A stretch of 64,000 nucleotides of DNA from an uncultured Oscillospiraceae bacterium (GTDB lineage: Bacteria; Bacillota; Clostridia; UMGS1883), in NCBI GenBank assembly GCA_964390145.1, contig CAYMHB010000004.1, forward strand, positions 11,545 to 75,544. The letters are read 5' to 3'. Each line of letters opens with the position of its first letter. Within the stretch, counting starts at the first letter, position 1. Both the position numbers and the translations under genes were made by a program. The notes beneath the pieces are model-generated. The model was not told the DNA's origin, did no database searches, and saw only the letters and a list, made by a program, of their open reading frames with translations. Below, one piece after another: positions 40,171 to 50,393 of the stretch.

Positions 40171-40962
40171 ATGAAAAAGTTTATTTCTCTTATTCTTGTT
40201 CTTACACTTTGCGTGCTTGCATTTGCGGCATGTGGCAAGAAGGATGTAAAGCTTACAATCCTCGACACAGAATATATTGAGGAAGATTACGCAATCTGTG
40301 TTGCAAAGGAAAACACAGAGCTTCTTGAAAAAATCAATGTAGCTCTTAAGGAACTTGAGGAAGATGGCACAAAGCAGGCTATCATTGACAAGTACATCTC
40401 AGGTAAAGAGCATGATTTGAAGTTCCAGCAGGATGTCGACGGCAAAAAAGAAATACATATGGCTACAAACGCTCAGTTCCCTCCCTACGAATATTACGAA
40501 AACGAAGTTATCGTAGGTATCGATGCTGAATTTGCAGCATCAATCGCTGATAAACTTGGTATGAAGCTCGTTATTGACGATATGGATTTTGATTCTATCA
40601 TCACTGCCGTTCAGACAGGTAAGGCTGACTTCGGTATGGCGGGTATGACCGTTACAGAAGACAGATTGGAAAAAATCAACTTCTCAGCAAGTTATGCAAA
40701 GGGCGTTCAGGTTATCATCGTTCCCGAAGGCAGTGAAATCAAGACCGTTGACGACCTTTACAAAGAGGGTGCTGAATACCTTGTAGGTACTCAGAAGGGT
40801 ACAACAGGTGATATCTATTCTGAAGACGACTTCGGTGCAGACCGCGTTCTGAAGTATGCATCAGGTAACGAAGCTGTACAGGCTCTTAAGACAGGTAAGG
40901 TTGACTGTGTTATCATCGATAACGAACCTGCAAAGGCTTATGTTGAAGAAGCCAACAAATAA
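40171..40962 (+). CDS. polar amino acid ABC transporter substrate-binding lipoprotein
   Basis: It has a lipobox LAFAACG and an SBP_bac_3 type fold. The RBS is GGAGG. Confidence 0.8.
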   Translation: MKKFISLILVLTLCVLAFAACGKKDVKLTILDTEYIEEDYAICVAKENTELLEKINVALKELEEDGTKQAIIDKYISGKEHDLKFQQDVDGKKEIHMATNAQFPPYEYYENEVIVGIDAEFAASIADKLGMKLVIDDMDFDSIITAVQTGKADFGMAGMTVTEDRLEKINFSASYAKGVQVIIVPEGSEIKTVDDLYKEGAEYLVGTQKGTTGDIYSEDDFGADRVLKYASGNEAVQALKTGKVDCVIIDNEPAKAYVEEANK

Positions 40963-41026
40963 TCTTATCTGAAATTTTGCGGAGGCGGTATTGCCGCCTC
41001 CGTTTTTGCTTTTTTGAGGTGATTTT

Positions 41027-41755
41027 ATGGCTGCAGTTTTAGCCGATTTCAAGGCGGATTTCATATTAAACTTTATTGATGAAAACCGTTGGAAATTTCT
41101 TTTGACAGGACTTCAGAACACACTGTTCATCACTTTTTTCTCACTTATATTAGGTGTTGTTCTAGGTGTTTTAATTGCAATAATTCGCTCCAGCTACGAT
41201 AAGATGAAGGACGAAATGCCCCGCGGTGCAAAAAAATTCTTTTTGTGGCTTGCGAATGCTTTCTGCAAGCTTTATCTTACCGTTATCCGTGGTACTCCCG
41301 TTGTGGTTCAGCTTATGATTATGTACTACATAATTTTTGCGACATCACGCAACGGTGTTATGGTTGCCATAATTGCGTTTGGTATAAATTCAGGCGCTTA
41401 TGTTGCAGAAATCGTGCGAAGCGGTATTATGAGTGTTGACCCTGGTCAGCTCGAAGCAGGCAGAAGTCTTGGTTTCGACTATAAGTGGACAATGTGGTAT
41501 GTAATCATTCCGCAGGCGTTTAAGAATGTTCTTCCCGCACTCGCGAATGAGTTTATCGTTCTGCTTAAAGAAACTTCCGTTGCAGGTTATGTTGCAATCC
41601 GTGACCTTACTATGGGTGGTAACATCATCCGTGCTGCAACATATTCTGCATTTATGCCTCTTTTGGCAGTTGCGGCAATTTATCTTGTTCTGGTAATATT
41701 CTTTACTAAGCTTGTCAACATCCTTGAAAGGAGGCTGAGGAAGAATGAGCGATAA
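41027..41755 (+). CDS. polar amino acid ABC transporter permease (HisMQ/GlnP family)
   Basis: It has the N-terminal region typical of HEQRP-family permeases and an EAA-like loop ([21 protein letters not shown]). Confidence 0.8.
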   Translation: MAAVLADFKADFILNFIDENRWKFLLTGLQNTLFITFFSLILGVVLGVLIAIIRSSYDKMKDEMPRGAKKFFLWLANAFCKLYLTVIRGTPVVVQLMIMYYIIFATSRNGVMVAIIAFGINSGAYVAEIVRSGIMSVDPGQLEAGRSLGFDYKWTMWYVIIPQAFKNVLPALANEFIVLLKETSVAGYVAIRDLTMGGNIIRAATYSAFMPLLAVAAIYLVLVIFFTKLVNILERRLRKNER

Positions 41756-42488
41756 TGCAATTATCAGTGTAAAAGGTCTTAAAAAGCACTTTGTAGACGG
41801 AACTGTCAAGGCTCTTGACGGAATTGACCTTGATATTAAAAAGGGCGAAGTTATCGTTATAATCGGCCCAAGCGGTTGCGGTAAGTCAACATTTTTGCGC
41901 TCGCTGAACCTTCTTGAAGTTCCTACTGACGGAAATATTTATTTTAACGGTGTTGATATTACCGACAGCGAAAATGACATCAATCTGCACCGTCAGAAGA
42001 TGGGTATGGTTTTCCAGCAGTTTAACCTCTTCCCCCATCTTTCAATTCTTAAAAATATTACTCTTGCGCCGATGAAGCTCCTTAAAAAGTCAAAGGAAGA
42101 AGCGGAAAGCGAAGCAATGACACTTTTAAAAAGAGTCGGTCTTGAAGACCGTGCCGAAGCTTATCCCTCACAGCTTTCAGGCGGACAGAAACAGCGTATC
42201 GCTATCGTACGTGCGCTTGCAATGAATCCCGAAGTGATGCTTTTTGACGAACCTACAAGTGCGCTTGACCCCGAAATGGTCGGAGAAGTTCTTGACGTTA
42301 TGAAAGAACTTGCAAAAGAAGGTATGACCATGGCGGTCGTAACACATGAAATGGGATTTGCAAAGGAAGTTGCCGACCGTGTAATCTTTATGGACGGCGG
42401 TAAGATTGAGGAACAGGGCACTCCCGAAGAGATTTTTGGCAATCCCAAAAGCCCCAGACTTCGCGACTTTTTAGGAAAAGTTTTATAA
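41745..42488 (+). CDS. polar amino acid ABC transporter ATP-binding protein (GlnQ-like)
   Basis: It has Walker [10 protein letters not shown], the signature LSGGQKQR and Walker [12 protein letters not shown]. Confidence 0.9.
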   Translation: MSDNAIISVKGLKKHFVDGTVKALDGIDLDIKKGEVIVIIGPSGCGKSTFLRSLNLLEVPTDGNIYFNGVDITDSENDINLHRQKMGMVFQQFNLFPHLSILKNITLAPMKLLKKSKEEAESEAMTLLKRVGLEDRAEAYPSQLSGGQKQRIAIVRALAMNPEVMLFDEPTSALDPEMVGEVLDVMKELAKEGMTMAVVTHEMGFAKEVADRVIFMDGGKIEEQGTPEEIFGNPKSPRLRDFLGKVL

Positions 42489-42490
42489 TA

Positions 42491-42517
42491 AAAAAGCAGG
42501 TTTTCACCTGCTTTTTT
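42491..42517 (+). terminator. terminator after ABC ATPase gene
   Basis: AAAAAGCAGGTTTTCACCTGCTTTTTT. Confidence 0.7.
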
Positions 42518-42537
42518 ATTTGCCTTAACACAGCTCG

Positions 42538-42588
42538 GCTTGTTGCACATTTTGGGGACGGGGCGCTTTTTGTTGCATTTTGCACAAA
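42538..42588. repeat. GC-rich GGGGACGGGGC repeat element, copy E1 (half element)
   Basis: TTTTGGGGACGGGGCGCTTTTTGTTGCA matches 20/21 with the core of E2 (43311-43364). It is related to E3 (37879-37934). Confidence 0.55.
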
Positions 42589-42620
42589 TTAAGAGCAGGT
42601 CAATCGACCTGCTCTTTTTA
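42589..42620. terminator. bidirectional terminator before/after XRE gene
   Basis: AGAGCAGGTCAATCGACCTGCTCTTTTT. Confidence 0.65.
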
Positions 42621-42842
42621 TTTTTTTGTTTTCGGATAGGGCTTAATCTCATCTGTTATTCCCAATATATAATCAACACTTGTTTTATAATAATCTGCAA
42701 GTTTTATCAGCACCTCAACAGGCACATTCAGATTACCTCTCTCGTAGTCAGAATATGTTGTTTGATGAACATTTATAAGTTTCGCAATTTCCGATTGGCT
42801 CAGATCTTTGTCTTCCCTTATATCTCTTAATCTGTTTGTCAT
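42618..42842 (-). CDS. XRE-family HTH transcriptional regulator (74 aa)
   Basis: It has the HTH LSQSEIAKLINVHQTTYSDYERG. It is divergent from the SLOG-like gene with a 28-bp intergenic gap. Confidence 0.75.
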   Translation of the reverse strand: MTNRLRDIREDKDLSQSEIAKLINVHQTTYSDYERGNLNVPVEVLIKLADYYKTSVDYILGITDEIKPYPKTKK

Positions 42843-42870
42843 AATAACACCCCAAGGGAATATAGAGTGA

Positions 42871-43305
42871 TTGAGGGTGATCTTTGTGACAGTTACTTTC
42901 TGCGGACATGGTAATATTTTTTACGATGAAGCCATCAAATATACGCTCTACAACAAATTAGAAGAACTCATCATTTTGGGCGCAAACAGATTTTTTCTTG
43001 GTGGTTACGGGAATTTTGACACGCTTGCGGCGGAAAGCGTGAACAAACTCAAGGGGAAATATTCTTTTATTGAATCAGTACTTATAATTCCGTATCTTGA
43101 CAGAAGTTACGACACTCATCTATACGACTACACGCTTTATCCTCCTATTGAAAACACACCAAAAAAATTTGCAATCATGAAAAGAAACGCATGGATGGTA
43201 GAAAATTGCGACATTGTTGTCTCTTATGTCAGGCATAGTTCCGGAGGCGCCGAGAAAACGCTATCTCTTGCAGAAAAAAGGGGCAAAAGAATCATTTATC
43301 TTTAA
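42871..43305 (+). CDS. SLOG-superfamily (YpsA/DprA/LOG-like Rossmannoid) small protein
   Basis: A 144-aa protein. The N-terminal TFCGHGN matches the (S/T)GHR-type motif, and the glycine-rich FLGGYGNFDTLAAESV matches the GGxxGxDxxAAE pattern of YpsA-like SLOG domains. The assignment is from motif memory, not a search. Confidence 0.45.
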   Translation: MRVIFVTVTFCGHGNIFYDEAIKYTLYNKLEELIILGANRFFLGGYGNFDTLAAESVNKLKGKYSFIESVLIIPYLDRSYDTHLYDYTLYPPIENTPKKFAIMKRNAWMVENCDIVVSYVRHSSGGAEKTLSLAEKRGKRIIYL

Positions 43306-43310
43306 AAATT

Positions 43311-43364
43311 GGGACGGGTAGACGGGGCACTTTTTGTTGCACAAAAAGTGCCCCGTCCCCAAAC
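43311..43364. repeat. GC-rich GGGGACGGGGC palindromic repeat element, copy E2 (full palindrome; also a bidirectional terminator)
   Basis: GGGACGGGTAGACGGGGCACTTTTTGTTGCACAAAAAGTGCCCCGTCCCCAAAC forms a 16-bp perfect stem. Confidence 0.6.
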
Positions 43365-43377
43365 TGTACGACATTCT

Positions 43378-44688
43378 TCATACCGCTAATGTTCCACTCT
43401 CGGATTCTAAAAGAATTTGCACGTCCTCCGTAAAGCCCGTCTGTGTATTTACATACATCAAAAAGTGCTTATCTGAAACCACTCCCTTTATCTGCCAGCA
43501 GAACGCTTCACTGCCGTCTTCAAGCGGTATTATAGCGCGGCTCACTTCATGTGCTTCGAGGTGTGAATTTACATTTTTAAGCGCATCTTCTTTTGAAAAT
43601 TTTTCTTCGGGGATGTTTCGATAGGTATGATTCATCACGTAGCCGCGACTCTCAAACCCCAGAATTTCTCCGTTATCAAGCGCGACCTTCACCTTTACAA
43701 GATCGGGGAAAACGGTATAGCCATCCTGCTCGTAAGCATAATTTATAACGACGCTTCCGCCTTGCTTTTCATAATAACTTTCGCGCATATTCGAAAAGCC
43801 GTTTTCAGAAAGAAATTTTGCCGCATTTTTGGCTGCGTCCTTTACGGAGATTTTTTCTTCGTCGGTGTAGCGGTCTTTCATAAGAAGGAGAAGTATCCCT
43901 CCGTTTTTCGTAAATTCAACCGTTGTGGTATCGCTTTTTACACTGTATGCAGGAAGTTTTCCTCCGACTGATGATACGGTTGTTTCCTCGTCCGTGAATT
44001 TTTTTGCAAGCTTTTTCGCCTGTTTTTCGGAAATTTCCGCCTTGCCCTCGGTCAAAACAGATTCACGCAGGGAAAGATGCTGCGAAAACGGGCCGTCGTA
44101 AATAAGCGAGGGATAGTTGTGAAACTCCTCTTCAAGCGCCATCATTTCGCTTGCCATAGCAACCTTGCCGCCTCCAAAGTTAATTTTCTCTTTTTCAAAC
44201 GAAATTTCGCCGTTATTAAGGTCAATCAGCATTTCATCAAGTGATTTTTTAAGAGTATCGGCATAAACGAGAAGCTCCTGCATAGTCTTTATTTCTTTTT
44301 CACTCAGTTCCTCGCCACGCAGCATTTTTGCCGAAACGCTGTGCGCGTATTCACCCACCTGCGACAAAAATTCAGATGTTTTAGTCAGCGCCTGTCCTTC
44401 GAGCGGCAACAGCGCCAGATTCGCCTTAGCCGCGCTTGCCTGACCGTACAGGTCGGCAGAAAGTTTCGCCATCTGGTCAGTTGTCGACACGACTTGCCCC
44501 TTAAGGAGAGATATTTCAAGGTCATCAACGTATTCGGTAAGCTCCGAAAACACGCGATTATACTCGATATCGCGGAAATAGGTAAGCCTTCTTGCTCTGT
44601 TATACTGCGAAACGGCAAAAACACTCACCAAAGCAAGAAGGGTGGACAAAATTATAATTTGTCTGTTTTTTTTAATCAATTTATTCAT
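43378..44688 (-). CDS. ypeB: germination protein YpeB (N-terminal TM anchor, PepSY domains)
   Basis: Its 436 aa, N-terminal membrane anchor and overall composition match YpeB. No sleB lies adjacent. Confidence 0.65.
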   Translation of the reverse strand: MNKLIKKNRQIIILSTLLALVSVFAVSQYNRARRLTYFRDIEYNRVFSELTEYVDDLEISLLKGQVVSTTDQMAKLSADLYGQASAAKANLALLPLEGQALTKTSEFLSQVGEYAHSVSAKMLRGEELSEKEIKTMQELLVYADTLKKSLDEMLIDLNNGEISFEKEKINFGGGKVAMASEMMALEEEFHNYPSLIYDGPFSQHLSLRESVLTEGKAEISEKQAKKLAKKFTDEETTVSSVGGKLPAYSVKSDTTTVEFTKNGGILLLLMKDRYTDEEKISVKDAAKNAAKFLSENGFSNMRESYYEKQGGSVVINYAYEQDGYTVFPDLVKVKVALDNGEILGFESRGYVMNHTYRNIPEEKFSKEDALKNVNSHLEAHEVSRAIIPLEDGSEAFCWQIKGVVSDKHFLMYVNTQTGFTEDVQILLESESGTLAV

Positions 44689-44798
44689 TTTCGGTCACCT
44701 CTTTTCTTATAAAGTGCTCTTTTTGGAAAAAATTATTCGTTTTTGCTTGAAAAAATCCGATCAAAATGTTACCATTTAGTAAAGAAAGGTTTGATTTT

Positions 44799-46001
44799 AT
44801 GAAATATGTTGTTATTCTTGCAGACGGCTGTGCCGATCTGCCGATTGAAAAACTTGACAATCTGACACCGCTTGAAAAAAGCGTAACGCCCAATATGGAC
44901 TATTTCGCATCGAACGGCGACCTTTACCTTGTGAAAACCGTTCCCGACACGCTTAAACCCGGAAGCGACGTGGCGAATCTGTCCGTTATGGGTTATAATC
45001 CGCTTGACTGTTACACAGGCCGCTCACCGCTTGAGGCAGCATCAATCGGTGTAACGCTGAAGGATAGCGAAACATCTTTCCGCGCGAATCTTGTAACGCT
45101 CTCTGATGAGGAGAATTACGAGGATAAGACAATGCTTGACTACTCATCGGGCGAGATTTCCACGGCGGAGAGCCGTGCGCTCATGGCGGATATCGAGAAG
45201 GAGCTTGGCGGCGGAGACTTCCATTTTTACGGTGGTGTAAGCTACAGACATCTTTTCGTGTGGAACAACGCACCCGAAAGCTTCAGTCTTACTCCTCCGC
45301 ACGATATTTCCGACAGAAAAATCAAGGATTATCTCCCTTCCGATGAAAAAATCCTTGAACTGATGAAAAAAAGTGAGAAAATTCTCAAAAACCATCCGAT
45401 AAATCAAAAAAGAATTGCCGAGGGCAAGAATCCCGCTACCTCCATGTGGATCTGGGGTGAGGGCAAGAAGCCTGCGCTTTCAAAATTCACCGACCTTTAT
45501 GGAAAAAGCGGCGCCGTTGTAAGCGCAGTTGACCTTATTAAAGGCATCGCAATTCTTTCAGGTATGAACAGCATTGATGTTGACGGCGCAACCGGTAACA
45601 TACATACAAATTTCGACGGCAAGGCAAAGGCGGCGGCTGATGCGCTCATAAATGACGGTGCGGATTTGGTTTATGTACATCTTGAAGCGCCCGACGAATG
45701 CGGTCATCAGGGCGATCTGGAGGGCAAAGTCCGTTCGCTTGAGATAATCGACGAAAAAGTTATCGGCTATATTAAAAAGCGCCTTGAAGACGCGGGCGAA
45801 GATTACGCATTTATGGTAATGCCCGACCACCCCACACCGATTGCGACAAAAACCCACAGCAGAGAGCCTGTTCCCTGCGTGATTTATAAAAAGGGCGACG
45901 ATAAATGTGCAGACAGACGCTTCACCGAAAATTTTGCAAGAGAAAATGGTGAGTTCATTACCGACGGTTATAAAATAATGCAGATTTTCCTTGAAAAGTG
46001 A
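44799..46001 (+). CDS. apgM: cofactor-independent phosphoglycerate mutase, archaeal-type (ApgM family)
   Basis: It has the N-terminus MKYVVILADGCADLP, which is metalloenzyme-superfamily like. The start was trimmed to MKYVV, with an AAAGG RBS. Confidence 0.8.
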   Translation: MKYVVILADGCADLPIEKLDNLTPLEKSVTPNMDYFASNGDLYLVKTVPDTLKPGSDVANLSVMGYNPLDCYTGRSPLEAASIGVTLKDSETSFRANLVTLSDEENYEDKTMLDYSSGEISTAESRALMADIEKELGGGDFHFYGGVSYRHLFVWNNAPESFSLTPPHDISDRKIKDYLPSDEKILELMKKSEKILKNHPINQKRIAEGKNPATSMWIWGEGKKPALSKFTDLYGKSGAVVSAVDLIKGIAILSGMNSIDVDGATGNIHTNFDGKAKAAADALINDGADLVYVHLEAPDECGHQGDLEGKVRSLEIIDEKVIGYIKKRLEDAGEDYAFMVMPDHPTPIATKTHSREPVPCVIYKKGDDKCADRRFTENFARENGEFITDGYKIMQIFLEK

Positions 46002-46027
46002 TTAAACGAGCTTTTAAAAGAGTAAAA

Positions 46028-46060
46028 TAGAAGGAGTACACTGTACTCCTTCTATTTTTT
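46028..46060 (+). terminator. terminator after apgM
   Basis: ATAGAAGGAGTACACTGTACTCCTTCTATTTTTTT. Confidence 0.7.
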
Positions 46061-46066
46061 TGTGAG

Positions 46067-47101
46067 GTGATTTTTTTGATTTCGCTTAAAACACTTCGTT
46101 CACTTTGCATTGATTTTATCATATTTTTTATACCGCTTTATCTTTTATGGCAAGCTGTTCCGTATATTCTTTCGGTTCTGACGCCGTTTATTGCGGGATA
46201 TTTTCTTTATCTCGCCGCAAATCCGCTTAACAGAAGGCTGAAAAAAGTGTTTCCATCCTCGCTGTGTGCGGCATTTTCGCTTTTACTTATTTCTCTTGCG
46301 GTATTTTTTGTTTTAAGAGGCCTTTTTATGCACCTTTTCCGCGAAATAGCCTCTCTCACGCAAAACGGCGATACCTTTTCAGATGCGCTTCCCTTTATTT
46401 CAAAGAAAATGTCCGCTATAAGCTCAAACGAGATTTTTTCATCCTTTTTTGAAGCTTTTTCGGGCGGACTTTCTGCAATACTTGTTAAAATAAGTTCGTT
46501 TATGATTGGTTTTGCGAAAAACATTCCTGCTTTTCTTATATCCGTGTTCGCGTCAATTTTTACGGCATTTTTTCTTTTGAAAGATAACTCATTTCTTAAA
46601 AACTTTTTTACTGCCTTTTTCGGAGAAAAGGTACTTTTGCGGTTTGCCGAGATTAAAAATTCGCTCCTTGATGTAGCTTTTTCATATCTCAAGGCGCAGT
46701 TTATTATCGGAAGCATAATTTTTGCAGTTCTTTTTGGAGGATTTCTCTATCTCGGGATAAATTACAGTTTGCTCCTTGCGTTTTTTACGGCGATTGTCGA
46801 TGCCGCGCCGATTCTTGGTACGGGAGCGGTGCTGATTCCCATATCAATTTTTAATTTCATTATGGGAGATTCTTCACTTGGTTGGGGCGTTTTGATTTTA
46901 TATGGAATTGCCATTTTGACAAGACAACTGTGTGAACCGAAAATAATCGGGCAAAAACTCGGAATACACCCACTGTTAACGCTTTTTTCACTGTACGCAG
47001 GGCTTAAACTCTTGGGCATAGCAGGACTCATTTTAGGACCCGTCGGCGCTCTGCTTATAAAAAATCTGATTTCGCAAAACAGGGAGAATGTCTCTATATA
47101 G
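46067..47101 (+). CDS. ytvI: AI-2E family transporter (UPF0118), sporulation membrane protein YtvI-like
   Basis: A 344-aa protein with 8 TM segments and the conserved C-terminal KIIGQKLGIHPLLTLFSLYAGLKLLGIAGLILGPV. It has a GTG start within a GAGGTGA RBS context. Confidence 0.75.
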   Translation: MIFLISLKTLRSLCIDFIIFFIPLYLLWQAVPYILSVLTPFIAGYFLYLAANPLNRRLKKVFPSSLCAAFSLLLISLAVFFVLRGLFMHLFREIASLTQNGDTFSDALPFISKKMSAISSNEIFSSFFEAFSGGLSAILVKISSFMIGFAKNIPAFLISVFASIFTAFFLLKDNSFLKNFFTAFFGEKVLLRFAEIKNSLLDVAFSYLKAQFIIGSIIFAVLFGGFLYLGINYSLLLAFFTAIVDAAPILGTGAVLIPISIFNFIMGDSSLGWGVLILYGIAILTRQLCEPKIIGQKLGIHPLLTLFSLYAGLKLLGIAGLILGPVGALLIKNLISQNRENVSI

Positions 47102-47138
47102 AAAACATATGTTCGTGTTTTGCAGACATTTTATGACT

Positions 47139-47154
47139 GTTTCATGTGAAACAC
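47139..47154. promoter_or_regulatory. parS: parS-like centromere site (TGTTTCATGTGAAACA, 1 mismatch to consensus)
   Basis: It differs from the Firmicutes parS consensus TGTTNCACGTGAAACA at one central position. Confidence 0.5.
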
Positions 47155-47266
47155 GACAAAAAGCAAATCCTAAAGGTGCCGTAGCTTTTTGAAAAAGCAG
47201 AATAAAGAGTTCGAAGTTTGGAATAATCGGGGGAATCCGTGAAACGGACTCTTTTTTCGCAAAAAA

Positions 47267-47321
47267 GAAATCCACACAAGCAGTGTGGATTTCTTCATTC
47301 ATTTCGAATTTTATCATTTCG
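47267..47321. repeat. terminator hairpin plus TTCATTTCG motif, copy 3 (more diverged)
   Basis: Hairpin GAAATCCACACAAGCAGTGTGGATTTC followed by TTCATTCATTTCGAATTTTATCATTTCG. Confidence 0.5.
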
Positions 47322-47353
47322 CGTTTTGTGGTCGTTGCTGTTTTTCACAAGCC

Positions 47354-48625
47354 CTATTTTATTACTGTTCTGCCGTTCATATAAGGAACAAGTACTTCAG
47401 GAATTGTAACAGAGCCATCTTCGTTCTGATTATTCTCAAGGATTGCCGCAACAGTTCTGCCTACTGCAACACCGCTGCCGTTAAGGGTGTGTACAAACTG
47501 TGCCTTGCTTCCCTGACCGTCTTTATATTTGATGTTTGCGCGTCTTGACTGGAAGTCTTCAAAGTTACTGCAGGAAGAAATTTCTACATATCTGTTATAA
47601 GAAGGCATCCAAACCTCGATATCGTACTTTTTCGCAGCTGTGAAACCAAGGTCACCGATGCAAATCTGCACAACTCTGTAAGGAAGACCGAGCCCCTGAA
47701 GAACGCTTTCAGCGTCTCTTGTGAGTTTTTCAAGCTCTTCATAGGATTCTTCGGGCTTTGCAAACTTAACAAGCTCCACCTTGTTGAACTGATGCTGACG
47801 GATAAGACCGCGGGTATCTCTGCCCGCGCTACCTGCTTCTGCACGGAAACAAGCGGTGTATGCAACGTGCTTAATGGGGAGTTCTGCACCGTCCAGAATC
47901 TGCTCGCGGTACATATTTGTAACGGGAACTTCAGCTGTGGGAACAAGGAAATAATCGGTATTTGCAACCTTGAACGCATCCTCTTCAAATTTGGGGAGCT
48001 GACCTGTTCCAATCATGGAATTTCTGTGCACCATAAAGGGAGGAAATACCTCTGTATAGCCATTTTCGTCGGTGTGCTTGTCAAGGTAGTAGTTGATTAC
48101 GGCTCTTTCAAGCTTTGCGCCGAGGTCCTTGTAAACTGTAAAACGCGCACCTGTAATCTTTGCCGCAGTATCGGGATCGAGGATTCCTAAATCCTTACCG
48201 ATGTCCCAATGTGCTTTGGGTTCAAAGCCAAAATTCTTGGGCTCGCCAAACTTTCTGATTTCGATATTATCTTCGTCTGTATCACCGTCGGGAACAGATG
48301 CGTCTGGGATGTTGGGGATCGTGAGCATTGTGCGGTTGAGTTCGTCTTGGGCTTCGCGGATCTGCGCATCGAGATCCTTGATTTTCTCGGAGATTTCCTT
48401 CATTTCAGCGAAAACTGAGGTTGTGTCCTTGCCTTCCTTTTTCATCACAGGAATCTGCTTTGTAACCTCGTTCTGCTTTGCTTTAAGTGCTTCTGCCTCA
48501 ACCAAAAGGGCGCGGCGCTTGTCATCAACCGCGATAAGCGCGTCGATATCAACATTTTCCTTTCTTCTGCCGAGGGCAGCCTTAACTTTTTCGGTTTCGG
48601 TTCTTATAAGTTTAAGATCCAACAT
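47354..48625 (-). CDS. serS: serine--tRNA ligase
   Basis: 423 aa with an N-terminal coiled-coil arm and class II aaRS motifs. It lies only 40 nt downstream of parB, with no T-box leader. Confidence 0.92.
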   Translation of the reverse strand: MLDLKLIRTETEKVKAALGRRKENVDIDALIAVDDKRRALLVEAEALKAKQNEVTKQIPVMKKEGKDTTSVFAEMKEISEKIKDLDAQIREAQDELNRTMLTIPNIPDASVPDGDTDEDNIEIRKFGEPKNFGFEPKAHWDIGKDLGILDPDTAAKITGARFTVYKDLGAKLERAVINYYLDKHTDENGYTEVFPPFMVHRNSMIGTGQLPKFEEDAFKVANTDYFLVPTAEVPVTNMYREQILDGAELPIKHVAYTACFRAEAGSAGRDTRGLIRQHQFNKVELVKFAKPEESYEELEKLTRDAESVLQGLGLPYRVVQICIGDLGFTAAKKYDIEVWMPSYNRYVEISSCSNFEDFQSRRANIKYKDGQGSKAQFVHTLNGSGVAVGRTVAAILENNQNEDGSVTIPEVLVPYMNGRTVIK

Positions 48626-48664
48626 TTAAAAAACTTCCTTTCAGGTTTATATATTTACGCAATT

Positions 48665-49507
48665 TTAATTCAATAAATCAACAAGTCTTGTAAGGTCACG
48701 GACACTATAAAACTCAATTTCGATTTTGCCCTTGTGTTTACCCTTGATTTTTACCTTTGTGCCGTATTTCTGGGCAAGTGTGCGTTCAACGTCGGGATAT
48801 GTAGAGACTTTATCAACGCGCTGTCTCGGGGTTTTGGACATTTCCTTTCCCAAATCTTCCGCCTGTCTTACGGTAAGCCCCTCCGAGACAACTCTCTTTG
48901 CCGCGGCTACTCTCTTTTCGCCTTCGGGAAGAGCAAGGAGCGCTCTTGCGTGCCCCATTGTGAGCTTGTTCTGGGCGAGCATTTCCTTGATTTCATCCTC
49001 GAGAGCAAGGAGCCTGAGCATATTTGCGATATTACTACGGCTTTTGCCGACTCTTTCACTCACTTTATCCTGTGTCATGGAAAATTTTTCCATAAGGGTT
49101 TTGTACCCGAGCGCCTCTTCGATAGGATTGAGGTCTTCTCTCTGCAGGTTTTCAACGAGGGCAACCTCGGCAATCTGCAGTTCATCGTAAGTTCTTACGA
49201 TTGCGGGAATTTCGCTGAGCCCTGCAAGACGGCACGCGCGCCATCTGCGCTCTCCCGCTATAATGCTGTAATACCCGTTTTCTCCCTCAACAACTATAAT
49301 AGGCTGTATTACGCCGTGTTCGGTTATTGAATTGGCAAGCGCCTGAAGCTGTTCGCGGTCAAAATTCTTTCGGGGCTGGTCGCGCCTTGGTTCAACAAGG
49401 CTGACTTTTATCATTTTCACGCCGTCTGCCTGTGCGGAAGTTTCTTCCACGGGCAATGCGGTCTGTGCAAAAAGGGCATCGAGCCCTTGTCCCAAGCCTC
49501 TTTTCAT
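48665..49507 (-). CDS. parB: chromosome partitioning protein ParB/Spo0J
   Basis: It has the N-terminal KRGLGQGLDALF motif and the ParB-box GERRWRA. The start was trimmed so that its ATG overlaps the parA stop. Confidence 0.88.
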   Translation of the reverse strand: MKRGLGQGLDALFAQTALPVEETSAQADGVKMIKVSLVEPRRDQPRKNFDREQLQALANSITEHGVIQPIIVVEGENGYYSIIAGERRWRACRLAGLSEIPAIVRTYDELQIAEVALVENLQREDLNPIEEALGYKTLMEKFSMTQDKVSERVGKSRSNIANMLRLLALEDEIKEMLAQNKLTMGHARALLALPEGEKRVAAAKRVVSEGLTVRQAEDLGKEMSKTPRQRVDKVSTYPDVERTLAQKYGTKVKIKGKHKGKIEIEFYSVRDLTRLVDLLN

Positions 49508-49508
49508 A

Positions 49509-50276
<768 letters not shown>

Positions 50277-50329
50277 TCAGAGTCCCTCCTTTGCCCTTTT
50301 TATAGCTTGTTTGTATTATACCACAAAAA

Positions 50330-50345
50330 TGTTTCACGTGAAACA
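50330..50345. promoter_or_regulatory. parS: parS centromere site, perfect consensus palindrome TGTTTCACGTGAAACA
   Basis: An exact 16-bp palindrome matching TGTTNCACGTGAAACA lies between parA and the noc-like gene. Confidence 0.85.
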
Positions 50346-50393
50346 TTTTTTTCAAAAAAAGAGCATTTTTTTGAAAAAATGCTCTTTTTAGCT

